DNA of 64,000 bases from positions 1,568,001-1,632,000 of the forward strand of contig CBDCJH010000002.1 in assembly GCA_965217775.1 (NCBI GenBank), read 5' to 3'. Shown piece after piece: positions 19,703 to 29,340 of the stretch. Below the pieces are notes generated by a model, which saw only the letters and a list, made by a program, of their open reading frames with translations, was not told the DNA's origin and did no database searches. The stretch comes from Acidobacteriota bacterium. GTDB lineage: Bacteria > Acidobacteriota > UBA6911 > RPQK01 > JAJDTT01. A program made the position numbers and the translations under genes. The first letter of the stretch is position 1; every line of letters begins with the position of its first letter.

Positions 19703-20971
19703 CTATTCCTGGATGCGGTAGAGTTGCGTCGTCGTGCGTAGGAAGAGCGCTCCGTCGGCCACCGCCGGAGAGGCCATGAAGCCGTCGTCCAACTGGTTTC
19801 TGGCCAGAATCTCAAGCGTCTCCCCCGGTTTGATGATGGTGGTTTGACCGTCCTCGTCGAAGAAGTGAATTCGGTCGCTGGCGTAAAGGACAGAGGCAGA
19901 GTGGTGGCCACCGATTCGGCCCTTCCAGATCTCCTGTCCGCTCTTGAAGTCGAGGCAGGTGGCGATCCCGTCATTGCTCATCATGTAGACCCGCCCCCCG
20001 GCCAGAACCGGGGAGGAGTGCTTCGGAGAGCCGCGGGCGTACTTCCACGCGACGTGGGTTTCAGTCACATTGCCCCGGCCACCGAGACGGACGCCCCAGA
20101 GCTGGGCCGTGCCCCCAATGTATCCCGTGCTGATCCCGACCTGGCCGTCGGAGTAGAGGGTCCGCGGGGCCGAGGAGTGACCCCCGTGGCTGATCTGCCA
20201 GATCTCGCTTCCGGTGCGGGGATCATAACCATAGGCTCCCTTGGCGCTGGGACTGATGAGTTGCGGCTCTCCCCGGAAATCGACCACCAAGGGTGTATTG
20301 TAAGCCTTGCGAAAGTCTCCCGACTGGCGCGGGCGGCCGTTCTCGTCCAGGTCGCCGTAGTCGACCGAGCGAAAGGTCACCCACCGGTTGGCGCCGGTCG
20401 TCTTGTCCAGAGCCACCACGTACTGAACGTCGGCGCCGTCCATGTGCAGGAAGAGGAGATCCTTCCAAAGCACGGGAGAAGAGGCCGGGCCACGCCAGTG
20501 GTCGCAGGGGAGGTCCCGGCGTTGCCAGAGGACCTGGAAGGTTCCGGTGTCAAGACAGGCGGTCCCGTAACTCCCAAAATGGACATAAACCCGACCTTCC
20601 TCGATGGTCGGGGAGGGACTGGCATAGGTGTTGATGGGGTTGCTCAGGGGACGAGGATTGGCAACGTCGAAGAGCTTCCGATCCAGGAGAATCTGTCCAC
20701 TGTCCCGGTCGATGCAGAGCACCGACAGGACCTTGCCGTCCTCCGTGGCGGTGGTGAGCCAGACCTGTTTTCCCCAGATCACCGGAGAGGACCAGGCACG
20801 GCCGTGAATCGGCGTCTTCCATCGAACGTTGAGGGTCTCGCTCCAGCGCAGGGGCAGGTTCGCGGCCTCGGACACACCGTCCCGGCCAGGGCCCCGGTAA
20901 TCGGGCCAGTTGCCGAACAGGCAGACGCTGGAAAAGCACGCGGCCAAGAGCAGGATCGGCATTTTTCTCAT
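19703..20971 (-). CDS. Secreted PQQ-binding-like beta-propeller protein (copy 1)
   Basis: Same motifs; colinear close paralog of 18422-19690. Confidence 0.88.
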   Translation of the reverse strand: MRKMPILLLAACFSSVCLFGNWPDYRGPGRDGVSEAANLPLRWSETLNVRWKTPIHGRAWSSPVIWGKQVWLTTATEDGKVLSVLCIDRDSGQILLDRKLFDVANPRPLSNPINTYASPSPTIEEGRVYVHFGSYGTACLDTGTFQVLWQRRDLPCDHWRGPASSPVLWKDLLFLHMDGADVQYVVALDKTTGANRWVTFRSVDYGDLDENGRPRQSGDFRKAYNTPLVVDFRGEPQLISPSAKGAYGYDPRTGSEIWQISHGGHSSAPRTLYSDGQVGISTGYIGGTAQLWGVRLGGRGNVTETHVAWKYARGSPKHSSPVLAGGRVYMMSNDGIATCLDFKSGQEIWKGRIGGHHSASVLYASDRIHFFDEDGQTTIIKPGETLEILARNQLDDGFMASPAVADGALFLRTTTQLYRIQE

Positions 20972-21016
20972 TACTTCTTCGCCTTCATGAACGGAACGAC
21001 GGGCCCTGCCGGATTC

Positions 21017-21760
21017 TCAGTCGGACGCGGACCAGTCGGGTGCCGGACCCCAGCGCTCCGGCCAATCGACAGCGGCCAGATCGGCGGTGAGCGGATGCCA
21101 CAGATCGATCTTCTGCCTCATGACGCCCAGGTTGTTGGGCATGTCGAATTTGCTCGGAAGAGGCTCCACCCGGCCGGGAACCCCCTTGACGAAGCTCTTC
21201 CTGGGAACGTCACGGTGCACCACCGCTCCCGCCGCGATGAAGCTGCCCTCCCCGATGGTGATCCCGGGAAGAATGGTGCAACCGCCGCCGATGACCACTT
21301 CGTCTTCGATGGTGGCGCCGCAGGGCGTGGGCATGACGTCGTATCGGCAAGGCTCTCGATCGTTCAGGAAGATGACGCCCGGTCCCACGAAAACGTGGTC
21401 GCCGAACCAGGTCCGGGTGGGGATATAGGTGTGGGCCATGACCCGGACCCCGTTTCCCATGCGGACGATTCCTTCCACCACCGAGTGGTTGAAGATGGTG
21501 CAGTAGTTCCCGATCTCGACCTTGGCCCGGATGACCGCGTAGAGACCGGTCTGGAAGTAGTCGCCGATCCGGGTGTCGCCATAGATGACGGTCCCTTGCC
21601 GCAGGATCCCGTGGCGGCCGACCCGGGCCGGACCGCAGTCCCGGTGATAGCGAAAACCGACGGTGACTTCGGGCTCGATGAAGGTGCCCTCACCGATGAC
21701 GGCGTTCTCGAGCTGGGTCTCCCGGCCGGTGCGCTGATGGTGGGTCTGACCGTCGCTCAT
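21017..21760 (-). CDS. Hexapeptide-repeat acyltransferase
   Basis: LbH repeats, VFVGPGVIFLND, ILPGITIGEGSFIAAGAVV..DVP...GVP; GGAGGA RBS. Confidence 0.88.
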   Translation of the reverse strand: MSDGQTHHQRTGRETQLENAVIGEGTFIEPEVTVGFRYHRDCGPARVGRHGILRQGTVIYGDTRIGDYFQTGLYAVIRAKVEIGNYCTIFNHSVVEGIVRMGNGVRVMAHTYIPTRTWFGDHVFVGPGVIFLNDREPCRYDVMPTPCGATIEDEVVIGGGCTILPGITIGEGSFIAAGAVVHRDVPRKSFVKGVPGRVEPLPSKFDMPNNLGVMRQKIDLWHPLTADLAAVDWPERWGPAPDWSASD

Positions 21761-21793
21761 GCGGGTTCCTTCCTCCGAACGGACTTATGGAAT

Positions 21794-21895
21794 GGGGCTT
21801 ATATTCCTAAGTGCCCTTGGCATACAGTTCTGGCACCACGCTTTCCCCAACGAGATACGTTCCGGTACCCAGGGCAAGAACCCCAGCCCTGTGAA
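21794..21895 (-). ncRNA. Putative TnpB omegaRNA (reRNA) scaffold overlapping the tnpB 3' end
   Basis: Minus strand: CAGGGC/GCCCTG stem whose loop GTTCT can pseudoknot with downstream AGAAC; GGTACC..ACG/CGT GGTGCC stem; position typical of TnpB guide RNAs. Boundaries approximate. Confidence 0.6.
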
Positions 21896-22982
21896 TGTTC
21901 AGGGCGGCATTGTGGTCCCTGTCCATTCTAAGTCCGCAGGCCCTGCACCGGAAGGTTTCGCTCCGCCCTGGATCGTGGCGGGCGCCGCACCGGTGGCAGT
22001 CCTGCGATGTATATGCGGGATTCACTTCTACGAACTCCCGACCGGCCCATTCTGCCTTATACTGGAGTTGATTCCGCAGAAGCCCCCATGATTGCGTCAT
22101 TATTTCTCGATTCAGCCCCTTCTTCTTCGAGCCCTTCGTTACCATCCCTTGGATGTTCAGCTTCTCCACAGCGATCAGACCGTGCTCACGAATGATCCTG
22201 CTGGAGAGACGATGGCAGGCATTACGGTTTCGGACCGCTTCCCGGTGACGGAGCCGAGATAGCTGTACGATCCGCTTCCGTCTGGTCTTGGAAGTCTTCG
22301 TGCACCTGGAGACCTTTCTCTGCTGCTTTCGGATCCCCGCCCAGTCCCGTCGATTCCGTTCGATCCTCTCACCCGTGGACAGCACCGCTCGCTTGCGGAC
22401 TCCCAGGTCGATCCCTACCGAAGACTCGCATTTCGGTAGCGGCGGCTTCTCCACCTCGTAGGTCAGGTCCACATACACCCGGTTCGGCTTGCGGACGATC
22501 CGCATCACCTTCAACGGGCATCCGTCCGGCAACGGCCGGGACGGAAAGATCCGGATCGTCGGGAAGCCCTTGGGCCGGATGGCGTAGCCCCGAGCCCGCT
22601 TCTTCACCATCGTCGCCTTGGGGTCGACGACGTCGATGGTCTCCATCCTCGCCAGGGGCCGGAACCGAGGATACCCCGGCTTCTCCCCCGCCTTGCAGCG
22701 ACGGAAGAACGCCTTGAAGGCCCGGTCCAACCGCATCAACATCCCACGCTCCGCCTTGACCGCCACCGACCCGAGCCCCTCCGGATCGTCCTTCCTCTGG
22801 GAGGTCAACCCCTTCATCTGATCGTACAGGGTCACACCGTGTTCCTCGGATTCCCAGGCCGTCCTGCGTTCCTCCAGTGCAGCGTTGTACAGCCGATTCA
22901 GGATGGACCTCACCCGGTCCAACCGCCGGATTCCACCCTTGGACAGCTTGGCTCTGCACTGGATAGTTGCGTGGACTTTCAT
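21807..22982 (-). CDS. tnpB: RNA-guided endonuclease TnpB
   Basis: RLYNAALEER, KPGYPRF, RuvC GIDLG / AVEKLNIQGM / DRDHNAALNI, Zn finger TSQDCHRCG...CRACG. Confidence 0.95.
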   Translation of the reverse strand: MKVHATIQCRAKLSKGGIRRLDRVRSILNRLYNAALEERRTAWESEEHGVTLYDQMKGLTSQRKDDPEGLGSVAVKAERGMLMRLDRAFKAFFRRCKAGEKPGYPRFRPLARMETIDVVDPKATMVKKRARGYAIRPKGFPTIRIFPSRPLPDGCPLKVMRIVRKPNRVYVDLTYEVEKPPLPKCESSVGIDLGVRKRAVLSTGERIERNRRDWAGIRKQQRKVSRCTKTSKTRRKRIVQLSRLRHREAVRNRNACHRLSSRIIREHGLIAVEKLNIQGMVTKGSKKKGLNREIMTQSWGLLRNQLQYKAEWAGREFVEVNPAYTSQDCHRCGARHDPGRSETFRCRACGLRMDRDHNAALNIHRAGVLALGTGTYLVGESVVPELYAKGT

Positions 22983-23145
22983 GGTAGGAATCGTAACCCA
23001 TCAGCCTGAATTCTCGGCACTTACATATATAATCCCCTATAGAATCCTGTCGGCTCCGGACATTCTGTCCTTCCCGGCGGAAGGACGCAACGAGGAGACT
23101 TGACCAGGGTTCTGGGGTAGCCGTTCCCAAGCATGCATCACAGGA

Positions 23146-24384
23146 TCAATGGCGTCTGCGCACCGGAAGAGCCGTCCGAGCCTCATGTTCGCGGATCATC
23201 TGCCCGTGAGTGACGATCTTTGCAAGGTAGCTTTCGGTGTCGAAGTCCAGAAAACGGTCCGGGGAGAACTCGGCAGCGTCGATGCTGGTATTTCCATCCA
23301 CCATGTATTCCGCCAGGAGGAACCCGGCGACGGGATGGTAGCCGAAGCCGCCGGAGTTGAAGGTGACGGCCAGATAGAGTCCCGGCAAGGCGTCCACCGG
23401 GCCGATATTGGGCAGAAAGTCCAGGGCGTAGCTCACCAGACCCACGCGATGGTAGTCGATCTCGACCCCTTCGATCAGGGGGAGCCGGTCCCGAACCGCC
23501 TCCTGGATGAAGGGCAGGGAACGGGGATCGGGGACGAGCTCGGTGAGCCGGAAGTCGGGTCCGGGCCGCTCGATCTGCACCGCCTCGTGGGCGCCGGTTC
23601 CCAGCAGGACGCGATCATCCTCCGTGGGACGGTAATAGACGCCCTTGGAATCGTCGTTGGTGGCCGGAAGCCGGGGCGGATGGCCCAAGGGCATGGTGAC
23701 CCATCGTTCGTGAACGAAATTGCGCACCGGCAGCGGCTGACCCGCCTCGGCCATCAGCGAATTGGCCCAGGCATTCACGGTGCAGACCACCGAGTCTGCC
23801 CGCAGTTCACCTGATTCCCGGGTCCCAACGCCCGTGACCCGTCCGCCTTCGATCAGGAACTCCTCGATGGTCACGCCTTCCCGGATTTCCACGCCCATCT
23901 CCCGGACCTTGGCGCTGAGCGCGGGAAGATAGCGGTCCGGTTCGCTGTAACCGCCGCGCAGGTCCAGCACGCCGTACTCGTCGTCACGAATCCGAAGATC
24001 GGGGAATCGCTCCTCTATCTGTTGCCGGCGGAGCACCAGAAACCGGGCTCCCGCACGCCGGTGCATCGGGTGGAGCCGGCGGGCCCGTTCGAACTGCTGG
24101 GAGTCCAGCAGATTCAGGCAACCCACCTGGTGAAAGTCGTAGTTCTCCAGGATCTTGTCGAACCGCTCGAAGATGTCGAAGGTGATTCCTCGCGCCCGGC
24201 TGGCCCCCTCGGTGGCCATCATCATGGTGTTGATGGCCCCGGACCGGCTGCTGGAACCGTCGCCCACACGGCCCTTGTCCAGGAGCAGGATCTTCCGAAC
24301 ACCCTTGTCGGCCAGATGGAACGAGGTGCTCAATCCGGCGATCCCGGCGCCGACGATGATCACCGACTGTGACGTGTTCGCCAT
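23146..24384 (-). CDS. FAD-dependent oxidoreductase (DAO/sarcosine oxidase beta family)
   Basis: IVGAGIAG, GSSSRSGA, PNIGPV, SGGFG. Confidence 0.88.
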   Translation of the reverse strand: MANTSQSVIIVGAGIAGLSTSFHLADKGVRKILLLDKGRVGDGSSSRSGAINTMMMATEGASRARGITFDIFERFDKILENYDFHQVGCLNLLDSQQFERARRLHPMHRRAGARFLVLRRQQIEERFPDLRIRDDEYGVLDLRGGYSEPDRYLPALSAKVREMGVEIREGVTIEEFLIEGGRVTGVGTRESGELRADSVVCTVNAWANSLMAEAGQPLPVRNFVHERWVTMPLGHPPRLPATNDDSKGVYYRPTEDDRVLLGTGAHEAVQIERPGPDFRLTELVPDPRSLPFIQEAVRDRLPLIEGVEIDYHRVGLVSYALDFLPNIGPVDALPGLYLAVTFNSGGFGYHPVAGFLLAEYMVDGNTSIDAAEFSPDRFLDFDTESYLAKIVTHGQMIREHEARTALPVRRRH

Positions 24385-24423
24385 GCTTGATCTTCCAATC
24401 GAAAGCTATGGTACGATGAATCC

Positions 24424-24738
24424 ATGCCACAATCTTCACCTTCCAAACCATTGAAGCCCCATCCTGGGATCCGGATCGAGAAGATTCCGGTCAAGGGCGC
24501 CGCCGGCCTCATCTTCGCCCTGGGCGTCATGTTCATTTTCTGGGTGGGGTTGCCGACAGTTCGCGGCTTCGTGATTCTGGGAGCCGTGGGTGGCTTAGCG
24601 GCGTTCGCGGTCCTCCGTTGGTGGCGCAATCGGGACCAGGGTCCGACGGCCCAACAACGACTCTTCCCAGGGACCACGACCCCCGCTTCCAGGGCGGATC
24701 AGGCCGGGCGATCGGCGCAATCACCGACACAGGACTGA
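24424..24738 (+). CDS. Small hypothetical membrane protein
   Basis: HPGIRIEKIPVKG followed by two hydrophobic helices; occupies an otherwise empty gap. Confidence 0.6.
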   Translation: MPQSSPSKPLKPHPGIRIEKIPVKGAAGLIFALGVMFIFWVGLPTVRGFVILGAVGGLAAFAVLRWWRNRDQGPTAQQRLFPGTTTPASRADQAGRSAQSPTQD

Positions 24739-24846
24739 ACGCGGCTTTTTTCTTGACTTGCGTTCCGGGCTGTCGCTATCGTGTGCCTCATTGAGGACCA
24801 GACGCCAGGGGGCGCGGAGTGTTCCTTCCCGAAGCTTGAGGAGAGA

Positions 24847-26007
24847 GTGACAAAAGGCTTCTTGGCGGCGTGCCTAATCCTATTCCTCGCGACTTCAACC
24901 TCGACTGTCCCTGCCACAGATATTCCGGGCGACGCGCTTAAACGGTTCCCCGGAAAGGAGTGGGAAACCAAGCGTCCTGCGGATGTGGGCTTCGACGAGG
25001 AGGCCCTGCGGAGGATCCTGCCCCGAGTGGGGATCGGTGGGACCATCGTCCGCCACGGATACGTGGTGGCAACTTGGGGCAACCAGAGGACGGCCGTTCA
25101 GACCGCTTCCATGGGCAAGACCTTCAACGCGACCTGTCTGGGTCTGGCCGTCGACGCCGGCCTCGTCGAGTTGGACGACCTGGTCCGGAAGACCTGGACA
25201 GGTGAAGGAGAACTGTCCCATCCGTACAAATACCTCAACGAAGGCCATCATCGAAAGATCACGTGGAGGCATTTCGCCAACATGGTGTCGGGCTTTCCCG
25301 ACATCGACCTGAGCCGGTCCGACGGCGAAATGGGAGATTCCACCTACAACTACGCCCACCGGGCGCCGGGCGGCGAGTACATCTACAGCGACGGCGGGAT
25401 GTGGCGCTTCGCCCAGGCCTTGACGGCACTTTGGGGGAAGGACCTCAAGGACGTCCTGGATGAGAAGCTCTTCCGTCATCTGCAGGTGCCCGCCCAGCGT
25501 TGGGGCTGGATGCCCGCCAGAGTGATCCAGGAAAACCTCATGTACCCCTTCTGGCCGGGCTACGGCCGGTATCTGGACCCGCCCTGGGAGATCGACGGTC
25601 ATGCCGTGCGTGCCGGACCGGGCTGGGTCGTCATCAATTCCGCCGACGCCGCCCGATTCGGCTATCTCTTCCTGCGCAACGGGCGCTGGCGGGACCAGCA
25701 GTTGATCAGCGAGGAGTGGGTGCGGCAAACGCGAAAACCGCAGAGCCGCCGGCATGGACCCCACGGGGGTGAGGACTACAGCCTGAACTGGTGGTTGCCG
25801 GGACAGGGCGTCCAGGAAGCCCGCGGGGGAAACATCAATTGGCAGGCCGTCTCCCGGATTTCGGTGGTTCCAGAATACGACCTGGTGGTGGCCACCATCC
25901 GGACGAACTACGTGGCCCGGAAAGTTGTCGGGTCAGCCTATTTCGGATCCCAATACCAGGGCGATCGGGATTGGGTCTTCCGGCTTTTGAAGACCATCGT
26001 GCGATGA
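24847..26007 (+). CDS. Secreted serine hydrolase (beta-lactamase/AmpC family)
   Basis: SxxK (SMGK), PGGEYIYSD, ARFGYLFLRNGRW; signal peptide; GAGGAG RBS; TTGACT-N18-TATCGT at 24753. Confidence 0.85.
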   Translation: MTKGFLAACLILFLATSTSTVPATDIPGDALKRFPGKEWETKRPADVGFDEEALRRILPRVGIGGTIVRHGYVVATWGNQRTAVQTASMGKTFNATCLGLAVDAGLVELDDLVRKTWTGEGELSHPYKYLNEGHHRKITWRHFANMVSGFPDIDLSRSDGEMGDSTYNYAHRAPGGEYIYSDGGMWRFAQALTALWGKDLKDVLDEKLFRHLQVPAQRWGWMPARVIQENLMYPFWPGYGRYLDPPWEIDGHAVRAGPGWVVINSADAARFGYLFLRNGRWRDQQLISEEWVRQTRKPQSRRHGPHGGEDYSLNWWLPGQGVQEARGGNINWQAVSRISVVPEYDLVVATIRTNYVARKVVGSAYFGSQYQGDRDWVFRLLKTIVR

Positions 26008-26059
26008 GAGGCCCGAATAACGAACAAAAGGGAATGATTTGATCAGAGGAGCGAGACCG

Positions 26060-29000
26060 ATGCGAAGAATCCAAATTGCAATCTTTTTCTTGGGTGTGGC
26101 CCTGATGGCCGCGCCCCTGTCGGCCCAGATCACCTCGGGAGGCATCAGCGGCAGGGTCACGGACGAGACGGGGGGGATCATCCCCGGCGTCGAAGTCCTG
26201 TTGACCAACGTGGGAACAGCCCAGACCTGGGGCGCCGTCACCGGTGACACGGGCACGTACAAGTTCGTGTTTCTGCGGCCCGGCGACTATTCCGTTCGGG
26301 CGGAGTTGGCGGGATTTCAACCGGTGCTGCAGAGAGACGTCGTGGTCCGGGTCAATGAAACCGTTGCCGTCGACATCACTCTTTCACCAAGTGAGATCCA
26401 GGAAGTCGTCGAGGTCCTGGGGACCCCTCCTGCGTTGCAGACCGAGTCGGGTGAAATCGGAGACGTGGTCGATCATGACACCATCGTCAACCTGCCCTTG
26501 AACGGACGGAATTTCATTCAGTTGGTGGAGTTGCAGCCCGGCGCCGTCTCGACCCACAAGCTCCCCGGCGGGGGAATCAGCTTCCACAGCAGTATTTTCG
26601 GGGGCAACTTCTCGGTGCATGGAGCTCCGGCTGAAGGCACGGTCTTCCTGCTGGACGGAATCGACATGAAGGACGCGGTCGATACCCGCGTCGGATTCCG
26701 TATGACCGTCGACGCCATCCAGGAGTTCAAGTTCCAGGCCGGCAACTACTCGGCCGCATTCGGGCGGGCTTCGGGAGGTGTGATCAATATTGCCTCCCGC
26801 GCCGGCGTGAACGACTACCATGGTTCCGCCTGGGGGTTTTTCCGGAACGACGCCTTTGACGCGCGCACTTTCTTCGCCGCGGAGAAGGAGCCCTTCTCGC
26901 AGCAGAACGTCGGGGCCGCCATCGGCGGACCGATCGTGGAAGACCAGACCTTCTTCTTCGTCACCTACGAGGCGATCCGGTCGGACAAGGAAGTGACCCG
27001 CGCCGTCAGCGTGCCCACGGATCTGCACCGGCGGGGAGACTTCAGCGAAGGCAACCCCATCTTCAATCCCTTCGAGCTCGACCCCAACACCGGTCAGCGA
27101 ATGCCTTTTCCGAACAAGATAATTCCCGAGAGCATGTGGCATCCGGTCTCGGTCAAGGCCTTCCAGCGGTTGTTTCCCACGGCGAACCGCCCCGGCATCG
27201 TCAGCAATCTGGTGGACTCCTCCAACCAGCAGGTCCTCAGCGACCAGTTGAACATTCGAATCGATCAGAGGATCGGAGAAGAAGACACCATCTTCGGCCG
27301 CTATACGCTGGTCCGGTACGATCGCCTCTGGCCCTTCGTCTTTGCTTCACTTCCCAATTTCACGACCGTCTGGAAATCCCCGGCTCAGAATGCCGTGTTG
27401 GGTCACACCCACACTTTCGGCGCCAGCGCGGTCAACGACTTCAGGGTCGGCTTCAACCGGCACACCCAGGTTCTGGAGGACTCGGAACAGGAGGTTGCGG
27501 TCAACGAGGAACTGGGCATCAAGGGACTGAGCCCCCGTTTTCTCGGCAACCCCAACATCAACATCTCCGGCCTGGGAGGAACCGGAGCCATCGCCAATGC
27601 GCCCAACAATCGCTCCGACAACCAGTTCGCGATGCGGGAGAACTTCTCCTACATCACCGGCAACCACAATATTTCCACGGGCGCCTCAGTCGACTGGTAT
27701 CAGATGAACGGCGGCCATGCTCTGTTCGCCCACGGCTTATTCACTTTCAACGGAATCTTCACCTCGCAGTTGACCGAAACCGGCACCCAGCCGGGGACGG
27801 GGAACCCGGTGGCGGACTACATCCTGGGCGTTCCCAACCGGACCTCGCGGTGTTGCACCGTCAATGACGGGTTCCGCAACTTTCGCAAGAAGGACTTCGG
27901 CATCTACGTCAACGATGACTGGAAGGTGTCGCCTGATCTGACCTTGAACCTGGGGGTGCGGTACGAACTGTTCCAGCCGCCCTATGAAAAACACGGCCGC
28001 TACGCCCAACCGGATTATTCGCGAGCGCCCGAGTTGGTCCTGGCACACTCCGGAGAGGACATCCCGAGGGGAGTCTACAAGGCGGACAAGAACAACTTCG
28101 CGCCTCGGCTGGGGTTTGCATACCGGATCAACGACCAGACTGTTCTGCGCGGCGGCTACGGGCTGTTCTACATGTCCCCCAACATGGTCTTCTCGTTCTT
28201 CGCCGCCATGTCGCCTCCTTACGTGAGCCCGGAGACCTTCATCTCGGACACGAGGACGCCCCAGTTGTCCTTCAGCGCCCCCTTTCCCGGGGTGGGACTT
28301 CCCAGCTTGAATTTCTACTCCAACGACCCCGGATGGACGGACCCCTACAACCAGGTCTGGAATCTGACCCTGCAGCGGCAGATCGGGAACACCGCCATTT
28401 CCGCCTCCTACATCGGCAACAAGGGAACCAACCTCCTCACCGTCTTCAATACCAACTCCCCGCTGAGACCGGGGCCGGGATCCGTTGCCTCGCGCCGAAT
28501 TATCCCTTCCATCGTGAACGACACCCGGACCGACAACCAGGGCCGGTCGGCCTACCACGGGTTGGAGTTGAGGGCGGAGCAGCGATTCTCCGGGGGCCTG
28601 GGGTTCCTCGCCTCGTACGTCTGGTCCAGGTGCATGGATACCGGCAGCGTCCAGGTCAACGGGGACGGTTCTCCCCGGGGGACACGAGACCCACGCGACT
28701 TCGACGAGGACTGGGGACCCTGTCAATACGACGTTCCGCATCGCTTCGCGGCGAATTGGGTCTATCAGCTTCCCTTCGGCAAGGGAGTGGGGGGACTCGG
28801 CGGAATTTTGCTCAGGAACTGGCGGATTCAAGGGATCGTGACCCTGGAGGGCGGCCAGCCGTTCCATATCGGACTGCCGTACGACAACAGCAACACCGGA
28901 CTCGGGACCGACGTTCCGGATCGCGTGGCGAGTCAGGACCCCAATGCCGGGCCCAAAACCGTGCAGCAGTTCTTCAACATCAAGGCCTTTCAGAATCCGG

Positions 29001-29254
29001 TGCCGTTCACCTATGGGAATCTGGGCCGTAACGTGACCCGGGGTCCGGGGTTCGTCAACGTCGACTTCGGCCTGCATCGCAGGTTCCCCATCACTGAAGA
29101 TCATGTGCTCGAGTTTCGAGGGGAGGTCTTCAACGCCCTCAACCGGGCCAACTTCCTGCAGCCGGCCAATACCTTCGGCACGCCGGCCTTCGGTGTCATC
29201 GGGGGAGCCTTCGAGGCGAGAGAAATCCAGTTCTCGCTGAAGTACACCTTTTAA
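26060..29254 (+). CDS. TonB-dependent receptor with carboxypeptidase-regulatory-like N-domain
   Basis: Signal peptide, LPLNGRNF, DAIQEFK, NNFAPRLGFAY, terminal QFSLKYTF. Confidence 0.92.
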   Translation: MRRIQIAIFFLGVALMAAPLSAQITSGGISGRVTDETGGIIPGVEVLLTNVGTAQTWGAVTGDTGTYKFVFLRPGDYSVRAELAGFQPVLQRDVVVRVNETVAVDITLSPSEIQEVVEVLGTPPALQTESGEIGDVVDHDTIVNLPLNGRNFIQLVELQPGAVSTHKLPGGGISFHSSIFGGNFSVHGAPAEGTVFLLDGIDMKDAVDTRVGFRMTVDAIQEFKFQAGNYSAAFGRASGGVINIASRAGVNDYHGSAWGFFRNDAFDARTFFAAEKEPFSQQNVGAAIGGPIVEDQTFFFVTYEAIRSDKEVTRAVSVPTDLHRRGDFSEGNPIFNPFELDPNTGQRMPFPNKIIPESMWHPVSVKAFQRLFPTANRPGIVSNLVDSSNQQVLSDQLNIRIDQRIGEEDTIFGRYTLVRYDRLWPFVFASLPNFTTVWKSPAQNAVLGHTHTFGASAVNDFRVGFNRHTQVLEDSEQEVAVNEELGIKGLSPRFLGNPNINISGLGGTGAIANAPNNRSDNQFAMRENFSYITGNHNISTGASVDWYQMNGGHALFAHGLFTFNGIFTSQLTETGTQPGTGNPVADYILGVPNRTSRCCTVNDGFRNFRKKDFGIYVNDDWKVSPDLTLNLGVRYELFQPPYEKHGRYAQPDYSRAPELVLAHSGEDIPRGVYKADKNNFAPRLGFAYRINDQTVLRGGYGLFYMSPNMVFSFFAAMSPPYVSPETFISDTRTPQLSFSAPFPGVGLPSLNFYSNDPGWTDPYNQVWNLTLQRQIGNTAISASYIGNKGTNLLTVFNTNSPLRPGPGSVASRRIIPSIVNDTRTDNQGRSAYHGLELRAEQRFSGGLGFLASYVWSRCMDTGSVQVNGDGSPRGTRDPRDFDEDWGPCQYDVPHRFAANWVYQLPFGKGVGGLGGILLRNWRIQGIVTLEGGQPFHIGLPYDNSNTGLGTDVPDRVASQDPNAGPKTVQQFFNIKAFQNPVPFTYGNLGRNVTRGPGFVNVDFGLHRRFPITEDHVLEFRGEVFNALNRANFLQPANTFGTPAFGVIGGAFEAREIQFSLKYTF

Positions 29255-29340
29255 CGGAAGCGCAGGGGAAGACGGTAGTCACCGCATTGGTTCCGCCGGG
29301 GTTCCCCTGGCGCCGTAGAGCGAGGAACCTGAAGAGAAAC

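Larger units (their letters stand above)
21794..23037 (-). mobile_element. Non-autonomous IS1595-type element carrying tnpB
   Basis: Imperfect 23-bp TIRs (21794-21816 and 23015-23037, 18/23); flanks TATGGAAT (21786-21793) and TATAGAAT (23038-23045); the 23015-23037 end is 21/23 identical to 1227-1249. Confidence 0.8.

Noticed and set aside
18422-20971. Diversity-generating retroelement TR/VR pair
   Set aside because: Whole-gene duplication, differences not adenine-specific, no reverse transcriptase.
21807-22982. Cas12f or canonical IS605/IS607 element
   Set aside because: No CRISPR array, no tnpA, no IS605-type ends visible; TIR/TSD boundaries instead.
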